Source: Basidiobolus meristosporus CBS 931.73
Taxonomy: Eukaryota > Fungi > Basidiobolomycota
Direction: 5' to 3'
Assembly: GCA_002104905.1 (NCBI GenBank)
Contig: MCFE01000237.1
Span: 1-64,000, forward strand
DNA: 64,000 nucleotides
Below, piece after piece: positions 1-11,197 of this stretch. The translations under genes were made by a program, and so were the position numbers. Each line of letters opens with the position of its first letter. Positions within the stretch are counted from its first letter, which is position 1. The notes below the pieces were generated by a model. That model did no database searches and had not been told where the DNA came from. It worked only from the letters and a program-made list of their open reading frames with translations.

Positions 1-940
1 GAGTACCATTTTGATCAGTTATTCAGCATCCAGAAATGTCAAAACTGAAATTGAACCCTTCTACTGTGGCCTTGCTTACAGAGAACAGGTACTTGGCTAT
101 TTCTGACAAATAGAGTACTTCCTTGTGTTGTAAGAGTCTTTGAGATATTGGAAGTGATTGGGAGAACAAGTAGATTATGTGGCTTTCACTTAATGATTTA
201 TTCAATGTAAAAGCAGTATTTAAAGCTTTACATGGTCTTGGCATATAAAACATGTAGAATAGATTACAGAAGGTTGCAAGAACATGTGTGCAAAGTCTGG
301 GGCTGTTTGAACAACTTTGAGAATTTTCATGTTCTGGGTATATATTTTAAGTAAATCCTGACAAGGAATTTAGTCAGTATTCCCTAGGATTTGAAGGTAA
401 TGATCTAAGTGACCAAGTTAGGTGAGTATTTAGGTGGAATTACAAGCTTTTACAACACTTTGAAGGTAGGTGAATGGCTTTCTTCATGACTTCTGAGGCT
501 TACTTGAGTAGTGTTGCAATAATATGAGGAGTATTGGAAGTGATGTGGGGAATTGAAGTATCTACATGCTATTCACTTGTAAATTCATCAATCAAAAGTA
601 TGATGCGTATACTTTTGATAAAGTAAAGCAAACAAGTGCATAGAGTTTGTTGAGGAAGATCCCAAGAGTATGTGTGCAAAGTTTGGTGTCTTTTGGACAA
701 CCTTGAGAAAGGTCATGATCTGGGTACCTGATAATTTGGTGAAAATATACTAAGTAAATCCTAACAAGAAATTTGGTCAGGACAGAATGCTAATCACAGA
801 ATAAGATTTATGAAAACCCTCTTTGTTGGAATCTCTTGGTATTGGGCAAAAAGTTCTTTTTGGTGTGTAAAGTGTTGAGATACTTTAGAGTCAATATACC
901 ATGTATAAAATCTCCAAGACTCTCACAATAGGTTCTACTG
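1..940. repeat. Degenerate AT-rich modular repeat, locus 1 (two tandem ~386-bp units plus an inverted fragment)
   Basis: GTGTGCAAAGT occurs at 286 and 672. TTGGAAGTGAT is near 148 and 534, and AAGTAAATCCT-ACAA is near 350 and 752. Positions 910-928 are an inverted 17/19 match to 128-146. All frames are interrupted by stops. Confidence 0.85.
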
Positions 941-1122
941 CAATAACAATTTGGGTATATTGATATAACAATATGTATTGCTCAAGATTCCCAGGCAAGG
1001 TAAAAGTAGCCATTCTTATACAGTTCTAGGTTTCCACAAATACTTGCTCCGATAAACATCTCTATTTTGGGACTTGTGATTTTTTTGGTATTTCCCCTAT
1101 CATGAAGTACCAATAAAAGACC

Positions 1123-1591
1123 CTAAATGGTAATTGCATGAATAGATAGAGCTCCAAAATAATATCCATGCACAAAGTAAAATACTTGCTTGCTACGTAG
1201 TTTGATGGGTGAGTAGTCAAATGCGTACAGCTTAGAGGCTCTCAAGCAAATATGAGTACCTAGATACACATTGACAGTAGTGAGCAATCCTGTTACTATT
1301 ATTGATCCACCGCTTTCTGTTGGACACTTTGGAAATCCCACAATTCTCGGCCATCTAAATTCGACTGAGGAGAACCTCCAAAAGGGAGGAAGCAATTTCT
1401 ACAACCACACAGCAGTCAGGAGTATATAAAAGTTGGAGCACACATTTACTCCACAAACGTCTATATTTACACTTGTGATTGAGTGAAGAACCAAAAGATA
1501 CACTTGGGAATTTACGTCTAGTGTTGATGAAGAAAATCCCCCGATTGCAGGAAGAAACATTTATTATCGTTAGAGATACTATGTGAACCAA
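1123..1591 (-). pseudogene. Possible remnant of a membrane-protein gene adjacent to repeat locus 1
   Basis: Two overlapping short ORFs in different frames. The hydrophobic segment SGGSIIVTGLLTTVNVYLGTHICLR resembles SGPLILTSTVATTICTVYLGQSILR in the ORF at 43530-43928. Confidence 0.3.
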
Positions 1592-1658
1592 AAAATGTGA
1601 TTGTAGAGAATGTTATTTCAACGTGGCTAGGCGATCGATCAATAGTTGATGGCAATGA

Positions 1659-2120
1659 TTAGTAAAGACGATTGGCAACCACACCAGCAGCCATGAAGGA
1701 TAAGCTAAGGAATGTGGGTCTGAAGGATTCTGCACCATTTAGAATATTGTTTGGGTTGGAAGATCCAGTGGGGCTTGTTGTACCACCAGCGGTGGTAGAT
1801 GTTGGCTGCATGGTGAGCAACGAAGAGGGCACTAGCGAGCACCATTTGTTTACCTCTTCATTCTGTCGTGGCAGATTGGAATATACCGAGGGGTCACTAG
1901 AGCAGTAGGTGATACACGTCGCAAGGTTTTGCGCCTGCCGACAGTTGCAGAAGTTGTCTGTTGAGAGGCAAAGAACTCCGAGAGCGTTAGAGCGACATTT
2001 GTTGTACATGCCTGCATATTGGCCGGTACAAGTGCTGTTGGCAGGAAGGTCGGGAGCGAAATTGTCGGCAGCACTGGAAACACTAACAAGGGCAACTAGG
2101 AGGATTGAAGAGAGCATCAT
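1659..2120 (-). CDS. Small secreted, probably GPI-anchored, 8-cysteine CFEM-like protein (153 aa, intronless)
   Basis: Likely start MMLSSILLVALVSVSSA (signal peptide) at 2120. Cys spacing is C-x10-C-x8-C-LSTDNF-CxC-x8-C-x3-C-x20-C. A Ser/Thr/Gly-rich stalk is followed by an NGA omega-like site and a hydrophobic tail. Confidence 0.8.
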   Translation of the reverse strand: MMLSSILLVALVSVSSAADNFAPDLPANSTCTGQYAGMYNKCRSNALGVLCLSTDNFCNCRQAQNLATCITYCSSDPSVYSNLPRQNEEVNKWCSLVPSSLLTMQPTSTTAGGTTSPTGSSNPNNILNGAESFRPTFLSLSFMAAGVVANRLY

Positions 2121-3457
2121 TTTCCGGATTAAAGGAACTTGAAGAGGTCGAATGTAGGGGAGCCGTCTAGGAGTTGGAATGGGAGGGAAAATGGATGAGC
2201 AAAGCAAACTATTAGCAACCAGCCGATTTATACGAAAGAGATAGAACAAAGTGCTACGAATGATTTTTGTGGCGAATTGTCCTTTATAATGGAGCACAAT
2301 CTGCTAGGCCATTCACACCACGATGCGACACTTACCAATACAATAGAATTGTGCCTACTTTCACACCAAGCATCTCCGCGACTCTACCAGCAGATCAACC
2401 ATTATTCATAGACATTGAAGAGAACCGGATCAATTTCGTGCATGTACCGATTATGCCTGAAGAATAGAGTGCTTCTATTGTACTTGATGCTCTATTAATT
2501 TGGCCTTATACGCTGAGGAAGCTTAGGAAATCCCTTTCATGCACATACATGCTAGAGTAAATTACTAACTGTTCTCCCTCTTTTTGGCCGTTACGAGCCC
2601 ACCACCACTGCCTTCCACCTTGCTTGCTTGGCTGCCAATGAGCTGAGGTAGAAGTACTGCACATCGGCCTCATCCTCTGGCTATATTGAATGAAGGGCCG
2701 TGGTCTTCGTAGCACGAAGGAATCGCCACCGCCGGACCGCAACCGACACACAAAGCAGTCCAGGAGGGCTGCCAGCTGGAGATACCAACCACTGCATGAG
2801 GTATCTCTTAGTGTATGCTATTGCTTGGGCGACAGGAACACAATAGCTTGCTTCGTTTCAAAATCTTGGTCATCATTGATTGGAATTTTACGTGTCTGCA
2901 CATTTATGCAGGTGCAAATGCCGAATTGATTCCTAGATCCTTGGGTTAGGCCTCTGTAAATGGCTGCTTGGTGTGTGATGTCCCTCAAGGGAAAATGGTG
3001 ATGAAACAGCCCTCATTGCCGAAACGGATGCGCAAAAGGGATCAGGCGCTACCAAGCTAGCCAACTCCTGAAAATACTTTAAATTTGGCAACATCACATC
3101 CCACCGTCCACTAGGAATAAGATCGATGTGTACTTTCAGCCTAGCTGCAATACGGGCGAATATTCTAATTGAGCGGACTCCTGACCCCGAGAGATTACCA
3201 CTGCCTTCATCCAGACTTGCCACCATTTCGGTTGGCTCGTGTGCTCGTCAAGTGTCTGCGGCAATTGAGGCCTGCCAGCCCCCGGGAATACCGAACACAT
3301 TCGTCCAACGTCGCCCAATCCTCCACCGATTCACCAAGCACTAATCAGCCAACAAGAGTGGTTTATCACATCTATCCTTTCGCTATGTTTAATTAACCCA
3401 TGATTATTCTAGATATTAGATGTAGCTGTATTCCATCTCACTTGGCATGCTCGAGCA

Positions 3458-4987
3458 TCAATTCAACTCCTCGATCAGCGGCTTGCCTCTGGTGGCTTTC
3501 TTCTCCAGATAATCCTCGATCTTTCCCTTATCACTCTCATGGAGCTCATTCTCCTTCGTCGCCAAAGCGATATGCATGTCTAGCCCTTGAATCAAGGAGT
3601 CAAGCGTGGCCGCATAATTCTGCTCCGTCAGGGTCTGCGCATAGCTCAGATAAAAGTAGATCTTTTTCTCAGCCATGAACGATCTCCGAACAAACGCTTT
3701 GCCCAAGCCTTGGTCTGGCTTTAGGCTTGCTCGAAACAACCCATAGAGCTCGGAAAGAGCGGCCAAAATAAAGTCGATCCTTGTGAATATAGTAGCGACA
3801 TCGTGTAGCACTAATATCCGATAGCCTGTTGGTTGCTTTAACTGTGTGTTCTATGAGAATATAAGTTCCTGCCATATTCATAACCATCATTGTTTGTAAC
3901 TTACTGTTATGGAGCGCTGTGTTGATGTGGCTATCACCTCGTCTAGGCTCTCAAAAACAAAGGGCTCCTTGGAATCCAAGAGGGTGCTTATACTCCATAT
4001 CAAGCTGGAAGCCTCTACCAAAGACTGCTTGAGATCCCCGTCGAAGTACCGCACTGCATACACATAAGCGAATCTAACGTGGGGGATTAGGATTGGATGG
4101 CAAAAACGTAGGAAATGGTGAACCGTACATGATATTGACTAGATTGTACACCATCTCTTTTCTCGGTGGTTTTGGCGTCAATGAGCTGATGGGCTCGATG
4201 TTCGTCACAATCTCTGGGATTTGTGGCACCTCTTCGGTAGTATGTTCCTCAACTTCGGTAACTAATTCGCGTTGCTCCTCTTGAATCCACCATGGCCGCC
4301 ATGTATCAGCCATGTCGATCAGTGCGGTGGCTGAATTCTCGTCGGTGCTTAGAGTTTTGATGAAATCTGCTCGCTCCTCCTCTGTTAACAGTTCCCAGAG
4401 TTCGTCGGGTGTAGTTGATTCTACATTTGAAATCGCTCGAGAAGAACTTCTGGAAGATCTCACAGTATCAAGCGTCTTACCAATATTGATGTCTTGAAAA
4501 CGAGCGAGTAATTTCTCCTCCAGTTCATTCGCTTCTTGGTCGTCTTCTAAAAGACACGCTGAATAAGGGAAGATCGCAATGGGATAAGGGTGCAAAATAT
4601 GATCTACCTAGCTCCGATTCAGCTTCTAGAGATTTATTCTCAAAATCGGCCAACATCTTCAAGGTTTTCAATTTTTCGGTAGGACTGACAGAATGATTTT
4701 TTATCTCTTCAGCCACTTGCTCGCGGTAGAAATTTTCTGTACATGGAAGATGAGCCTAGACAGCGGAAAATGTTTGGTAAGGAGTGACAAAGATATCCGT
4801 GGTCTCGCCAACTCACCTCGCCTCTATAGCATTGCAAAGAACAATAGCGAAGATTGCACCTAGGGCATATGTATTTCGAGAATTGTACGCGGCAGCTATA
4901 AAATGCTTAATGGCTTGATCAAGAACGACGCGATGGCATCTGGACAACTTACATTCCGCATAGCGGCAAATCCTTCGTAGTCTCCAT
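3458..4987 (-). CDS. HIT-type zinc finger protein (ZNHIT2-like), spliced
   Basis: Exons join to METTKDLPLCGICRVQFSKYICPRCNLRYCSLQCYRGE, a zf-HIT motif. It continues through the ORFs at 4525-4716, 4074-4595 (LWELLTEEER...F, WRPWW) and 3458-3811. Confidence 0.85.
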
Positions 4988-6023
4988 CTTTTGTTAGCGT
5001 TAAATGGATATGGGTGAAGCACTAATATATGTCACAACTTCTGCATGTTGACCAAATGATTTTTTGCCTATAGCCGAAACTGCGATCATTAGGCGCTGGA
5101 TATTGATCAAAATGGAATACCGTTACTTAATAAAATCAACAATACCCACCCTCTGTCGATGTAATTTCAGCCTCACCATTGTTGGGACTGATCAAGTGAA
5201 CATCCCTAACTATGGAAAAATGACGAAGCGCTTAGCTAAGCGAGGTTAGTCTCGTGGATGCTGGCCGCTTGCCATCCCCCAGCCGACAACCAATTTCCCG
5301 TAGCCGAAAGGCTCGGATTAATAAGCCAAGAGTCACTCATACGGGTCAAGAACCTTCGAATACCTTGGCCATTGCAGTGATTTTTCCGGCTAACATCCAA
5401 CTAGCTTGGCGATCAGCCGCCGCAGCCACTTCGCCAAACCACTTCCCCAGCCGGTATCAGATTTGAGCTTATCGCTACTGGATATCAGTGCACATTGAGA
5501 GCCTCATAAATATGTATATCATGTGATACCCCTAACGTATGTAATTGATGTAGGCTACTTGGCCATCATGCACTAACCAGTAGAAATTTTTAGTATGTTT
5601 GCATTGGTGTGATGGGAAGGTTCCGGAAACCCACTGGTCCACTATTGGCCATCTCCTCGCAAAGTCATGGAATTTGGGCTCCATGATTCGTGGAATATTT
5701 TACAAATTAGATATAGGCCTATTTTATCACAGCTTGTTTAGGGAGATGCACTTTTAAGTACCCGGTACCGTCAGGTTTTTCCACGTAGCTGATTTTGGCG
5801 CACCACAACGTCTTCATAGCTAAATCCGTAAGCCGACAGCTTTCTTTATTCCTCTTTGGTCTCTTAAGCTATCTTTGTTGCTTATTCATATATTGCTCTG
5901 CTTAGTGGATTTTACTTTCGCCATAATTTTTTTAACCATCTTTGTCTTCACAATATCACTGTACTCCAAGTCTTTTCACTTCAATCCCCCCTGCCCTTAC
6001 CAAACGACTCTATTTGCTACGAG

Positions 6024-7056
6024 ATGGCCAGTAAAGCTGCTTACAAACGTTTGACAAAGGAATACATGGCAATTCAAAAAAGCCCTATTCCATACATTAC
6101 TACTAAGCCTCTTGAAGAAAATATTCTTGAATGGTAAATATATGATGCTCACCGCGCCAGTACTCATAAACCTAATATACAATGCCATCCTCTAGGCATT
6201 ATGTGTTGACAGGGCCTCCTGATACCCCCTATCAAGGTGTGCATCTATAAGCAATTTTCCTCACAATCGTGTATTAACCATTTTTTTTGAACACTCGAAG
6301 GTGGTCAATATCATGGTAAGAGCTAAGCCTTCCCTCATTTTTTTAGATCATTGACTAAATTTGCTTTAGGCAAGGTAATATTTCCAAGCGAGTATCCGTT
6401 CAAGCCGCCCTCAATTCGTATGATCACACCCAGTGGTCGCTTCAAACCCAATGCTCGTATTTGTATGAGTATGAGTGAATTCCACCGTAAGTCACATTCG
6501 TATAGATCTCAAACCCGATGATGCCTAAGTGTTTTTTTAGCCAATACATGGAATCCCGCTTGGTCTGTATCCACGATTCTCAACGGACTGCTGTCTTTTA
6601 TGGTATGATAAACGTTCTTCACGGCCGCTGATGTAAAGATCTAAACCTCTCTATCAGGTTGGCGAGGAAGAAACAACCGGGAGTGTACGCACTACAGATG
6701 CTATGAAGAAGGCACTGGCTTTGAAATCCCAAGGGTTCAACTACAACAACTCGAAATTTAGAGGTAAGCTTAGCATACACATACTATTCTGGAATTGGAC
6801 AAAGTGGTCTCAACATCAAGAAATAGAAATATTTCCAGAACTTTGTGTGGTTCCTGCACCCAATATCCAAAATCAAACACAGAACCCCCTAAACACCCAA
6901 AACGGAGTGAATGGCGCTGAACACAATGATACCAATCGCAACGCTAACGGAAACCGAAATTGGCTTGGTATTGGTGACTCGTGGTCTAAGCTTATGGTGT
7001 TTTTGTTTGTGTGTATTTATTTACTAGTCTCAAAAATCGTCGCTCGTTCCTACTGA
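6024..7056 (+). CDS. UBC6: ER tail-anchored ubiquitin-conjugating enzyme E2 (Ubc6/UBE2J2), multi-exon
   Basis: [14 protein letters not shown]...[52 protein letters not shown]...[28 protein letters not shown], with a C-terminal transmembrane anchor. Confidence 0.95.
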
Positions 7057-7731
7057 GTCCAATCCCTCTCCCATCTGTTCTCTCTAATGTGCTCATTACA
7101 TATTCACACATCATTGCTCACCTAAATCCCATTACCTCGTCACGCCCTAAGTTGCTTCTCTAGCTATTCACATGAGTATGTAACACCCCGTACTCAAGTG
7201 ACGTACAGATCTTAATGATGCTTACTGTTAACGCTTTACCAACTTACTATATGTACTCTCACCTTGACCTTGTTCTTTCTGAATATCCTATCCCAATTTT
7301 CCTTAACGTTTGGTTTTTGCTGTACTCTATGGCTGCGGTAGCCTTGATCCTTTAGCGATGCTAACATATAAGAAACGAGTTAGAGAGATGTACGCACGAA
7401 TTCATCTGCCCTTTATATTATATTTTGGATTTCCGCGCATACACTTATCTCCACTGATCAATAAACCAAACTTTAGAAATCCCTTTAGAATTTCTTGGAT
7501 TTTGCCACCCTGAAGGGACTAGATTCTGCTTCAATAAGGTTGAATAACGAGAAAGATTAGCTATATTATATTTGATAAACCCAGCCAATCCAGGATTTGG
7601 GGGATTTAAGTCAGTTGTGGAGAATATTGTGGATGGCCCTTAATAAAGCTAAAAATGCGTCTGTTCGTGTTTGGGTATATAAATACCAACTTCAGGATCT
7701 ACCGGATTTCATACGACCTCTTTTCTCTGAA

Positions 7732-7989
7732 ATGTCAAACTTGACCTGGTTCGGAAGCGCATTTGCAATACTGCTCACCCTTGGAATTGCACTGACTGCC
7801 GCATATGTAATCAGACAAGTCTACCTGAATTCTCGGCAGGTTTTGGACGTGAAGATGAAGAAACATGGCATTTCCAAAACTCAGAAAGGGTTTAACGTGA
7901 ATGTTAGAAGAACCGATAAAGAATCCTTCGTCCATAAAGCCTCGACTAACTTCCTAAACGCCATCAATGACAAGCTGCCAAAAAAATAG
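7732..7989 (+). CDS. Small uncharacterised single-pass membrane protein (~85 aa)
   Basis: MSNLTWFGSAFAILLTLGIALTAAYVIRQV (TM helix) followed by a basic segment. The start is chosen at the internal ATG 7732 of ORF 7597-7989. Confidence 0.55.
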   Translation: MSNLTWFGSAFAILLTLGIALTAAYVIRQVYLNSRQVLDVKMKKHGISKTQKGFNVNVRRTDKESFVHKASTNFLNAINDKLPKK

Positions 7990-9789
7990 ACGCTTTTCGC
8001 ATGCTGTTCAATTGTCCTTTCCCCTCCCTCCCCACCCAGAGTACGATATCTGTATAATCTCACCATAATGCTACACACAGCAGACATCTCTGTATCAACA
8101 TATTCAGCTAAAAACAATGATAAAATCCCAGCTACCAGACTGATCGGTACGTGAATTGCTCATCAAATCAACCCCATAGGCCACCAAAAGTGATGACTAA
8201 AGCATATGGATAATATGATTATTGGCTAGAATGCTTGTTCAATGAGGTGGTGAAATCCATCTCTAAATCAATTGCTGTATTGTAGTGGTTTGAAACGCAA
8301 TTTTAATATTACTTCAATATTCATTTTGTTTTAGTCGTTGAGCAAAGGACTCGGTGATTGTGACTGGTTGTTTCCGATTGTACATGGCGGACTACTACTA
8401 CTACTGCTACATCTCTATTATATAGTCCAAGAATCAACCCATTACGGTGTAGATTCACTCTTGCAAACAGTGCCGCTGTTTTATGGGGCCAAATACACTA
8501 CCGAGACATGCCAAGAAGGTATATCCATCTCGTAAGCAATTGGTAACTGATTTAATGTGTCACAGAGTGAGTTTTCCGGTCACCCATGAATTCCTGTCTC
8601 CACACGAGCCAGTTTACACAGCCTAATAAGATTGAATACATATTCGATTATCTTTATGCAACCTTTTGAAGTGGGAGTTTGAATAACACTATTGAAACTT
8701 TCATTGGGTTTTAGCAATCACAAGCACATTCGGATACCCAAAATGAAGGAGGGCGCATACTATGTTACACATTATAGTGCTATTAATGGGTAGCGATGGA
8801 TGTAACTGTTTCCGCTACCGAACGTGCAGATTTTAAAGAATCCTAGACTGACGTGTTGTTACAGACACTTGTACTTGAATTGAATAACGGCAATGAGTTC
8901 ATACACTATTTGATGGTTTCAAACGCGTTTACTGTAGCCGAGGATTGCCGTCGCGGCTTCAATAATCTTTGATGGGCGACTTGTTACTAACAACACGAGC
9001 AAACTTTGATGAACAATTATATCATATGTGCTATAAATATTGGCGGTATTCAGTGGCCTAGAACACTACTCATCACTCGATCACGTGATACATTAGGGCA
9101 AACACGAGCTTATTGATTTTCATTCCTTAAAATCGAAGTATTTCCACAGCCGTCAAGCTTCGATATGAGCAACGCGTCCCCACAACCATGCAAGGTGAAA
9201 TCGTACGCAGCTTAGGTTCGGAACATTCGTGATGTCACATCTTCACCTAGAAGCTTGCTGGATGTACGGTTTTACATCGTTAACCAGCTGAGGTGTGCTG
9301 AAAACCGAGTTCGTGACCAAGTAATGAGGCCAAGTGCTGGCTGTGAGCTCGGAATCTTCACACGTTCTGTTGGAATTTTCGCGATTTCTCCCAGTGAAGT
9401 CTTACTATTGGGTAGAATAAGCCAACATCCGATTTCACGGACTCTTCGAAGAATGTCGGGGGATCAAGGGGAGGGAGGGGTAGATTCCACTGGGAGCCCT
9501 TGTGCACTGGATCAAAATACCCCCACATCGAGGATTTCTCTGTCATTTCAGCCAACCATTCGTTTGCCTAGTTGGCCACTTCTCACCTCCCCCTAATATA
9601 CCTAGACTTGAGGTTTTTTTTTCACCTATCAAGCCCAGTCTGACTCGGCAAACCATAGATTCTCCCTGCAGACCCTGCCCATCTCACCACCAATAAATTT
9701 TTCGAGTTTTTATACAATTACCCTGCTCAATCCCTCTGACCATCAATCTTCCTTCTCTACCCTCTTCGCCTCACCTTTCTTGTAACACT

Positions 9790-10643
9790 ATGTCCAAGAA
9801 ACCTTCAGCCGCTACCAAGAAGCAAAACCAGCTCAACACCACTCCTGCTGAGATCAGCCTCTCTGATGCTGCCATTGTAAGTGTTTTCTTCTGATCTTGC
9901 ATATCCACGTGAAAGACGGCCTCTTCATAGTCGCCCTTTCAGATCCAGACGAATTCCTAATAACTTGTTATCGTTCGTAGCTCGCCGAGAATTACTCCAA
10001 TATCGCCCTTTGTATGTCCCGCATTGCTGAGGTTTACAAAAAGGTGGTCGATATGGAAGGCTCTTTGGTCCCCAAGAAGGCTCCCAAAGACCCTAACGCT
10101 CCCAAGAAACCCTTTACTCCCTATATTCAGTTCTGCAACGAGGAGCGTGAGCGTATTCGTAAAGAGCACCCAACCTATACTTCTCAAGATGTCTCTCGCG
10201 AGCTTGGCACCGCTTGGAAAGCTCTCACCGATGCCGACAAGGAAATTTACATGAAGAAGTATGAGCAGGAGAACGCGGCTTACAAAGTTGAGTTAGAGGA
10301 GTACAACAAACACAAACAAGAGCTTGAAACTCATGAGAATGACGATACCTCCTCTGAACAATCGGTTGAACCCGCTGTCAAGGAAGATTCTGAAGAATCC
10401 GAAGAGGACACCGAGAAACCTGCCCAAAAGAAGGCTGCTGCTCAAGCTTCTCGTAAACGCAAGGTTCCTGCTAACAACCAACCTCAAGCCAAGAAGCCTG
10501 CTGCTGCCCCCGCCTCCAAACCTAATGGCACACCTGTGAAGTCACCCAAGAACAAGGAAGCCGAGGCTGATACACCAGTTACACCTTCTCAAACACCAAG
10601 CAAGAAAAAGAAGAACAAGAAGAAGAAGCAAAGCTCAGCCTAG
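9790..10643 (+). CDS. HMG-box chromatin protein (HMGB/Nhp6/Hmo1-type), one intron
   Basis: Exon 1 is MSKKPSAATKK...DAAI, followed by a GTAAGT intron. HMG box: KDPNAPKKPFTPYIQFCNEERERIRKEHP...VSRELGTAWKAL. An acidic stretch precedes a Lys-rich tail. Confidence 0.92.
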
Positions 10644-11197
10644 ATACGAAGTATAGTTAATGTCACCTTTGTGCATCGATCTTGAGATTGTCAATAGTGT
10701 GCCTACTTTAGAAAGTGAATATCATATTTTCCAACTTTTGTTTTCTGTCATATCGTTTTCTTGGTAATTTTAGAAGTCCCCATTTATTCTATATAAAAGT
10801 ATTCTCTTCTAGTTAAAAATAAACAATACTTTAACATGCAATCTGCGTGGGAAACCTCGAAACATCTAGCCGAAGTAATTCCTCCAAAGCGTCAAGAATG
10901 AACGGTGTCTATCATGCAGCTTGCTCGGCAAGTTCATTACCACGTCGTAATTAAGAATTAACACACCCCAGGTGTTCAACCAGACGATCACGCGTGTTTT
11001 CTCACTGACACTCGAGTAAAATGTTGAGCACGAATATTGATTATTTACATGTGCGCGTTCACGCCCCAGCCACAGCCAATCATAGGAACGTGTATGATAT
11101 TGACGTACGCGTTTCATTGGACCTTGGATCATTTCTTGAAATGGTAGGTTATTTCGAAATAATTATCATATCATTTATTGTTATCGACATATCCACT

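Noticed and set aside
286-700. F-box domain in the repeat unit (LEVI ... VCKVW)
   Set aside because: The two motifs are ~45 residues apart versus ~20 in F-boxes, and the LP-E start is absent. The coding strand itself is uncertain.
2480-3350. Spliced gene between the CFEM-like and ZNHIT2-like genes
   Set aside because: Several protein-like fragments exist on the - strand, but no in-phase exon chain with a start and stop could be assembled.
9790-10643. HMG-box gene as a Mucorales-type sexM/sexP mating-type locus
   Set aside because: The box is HMGB/Nhp6-type (KDPNAPKKP...F), not MATA/SOX-type. The typical flanking triose-phosphate transporter and RNA helicase genes are absent.
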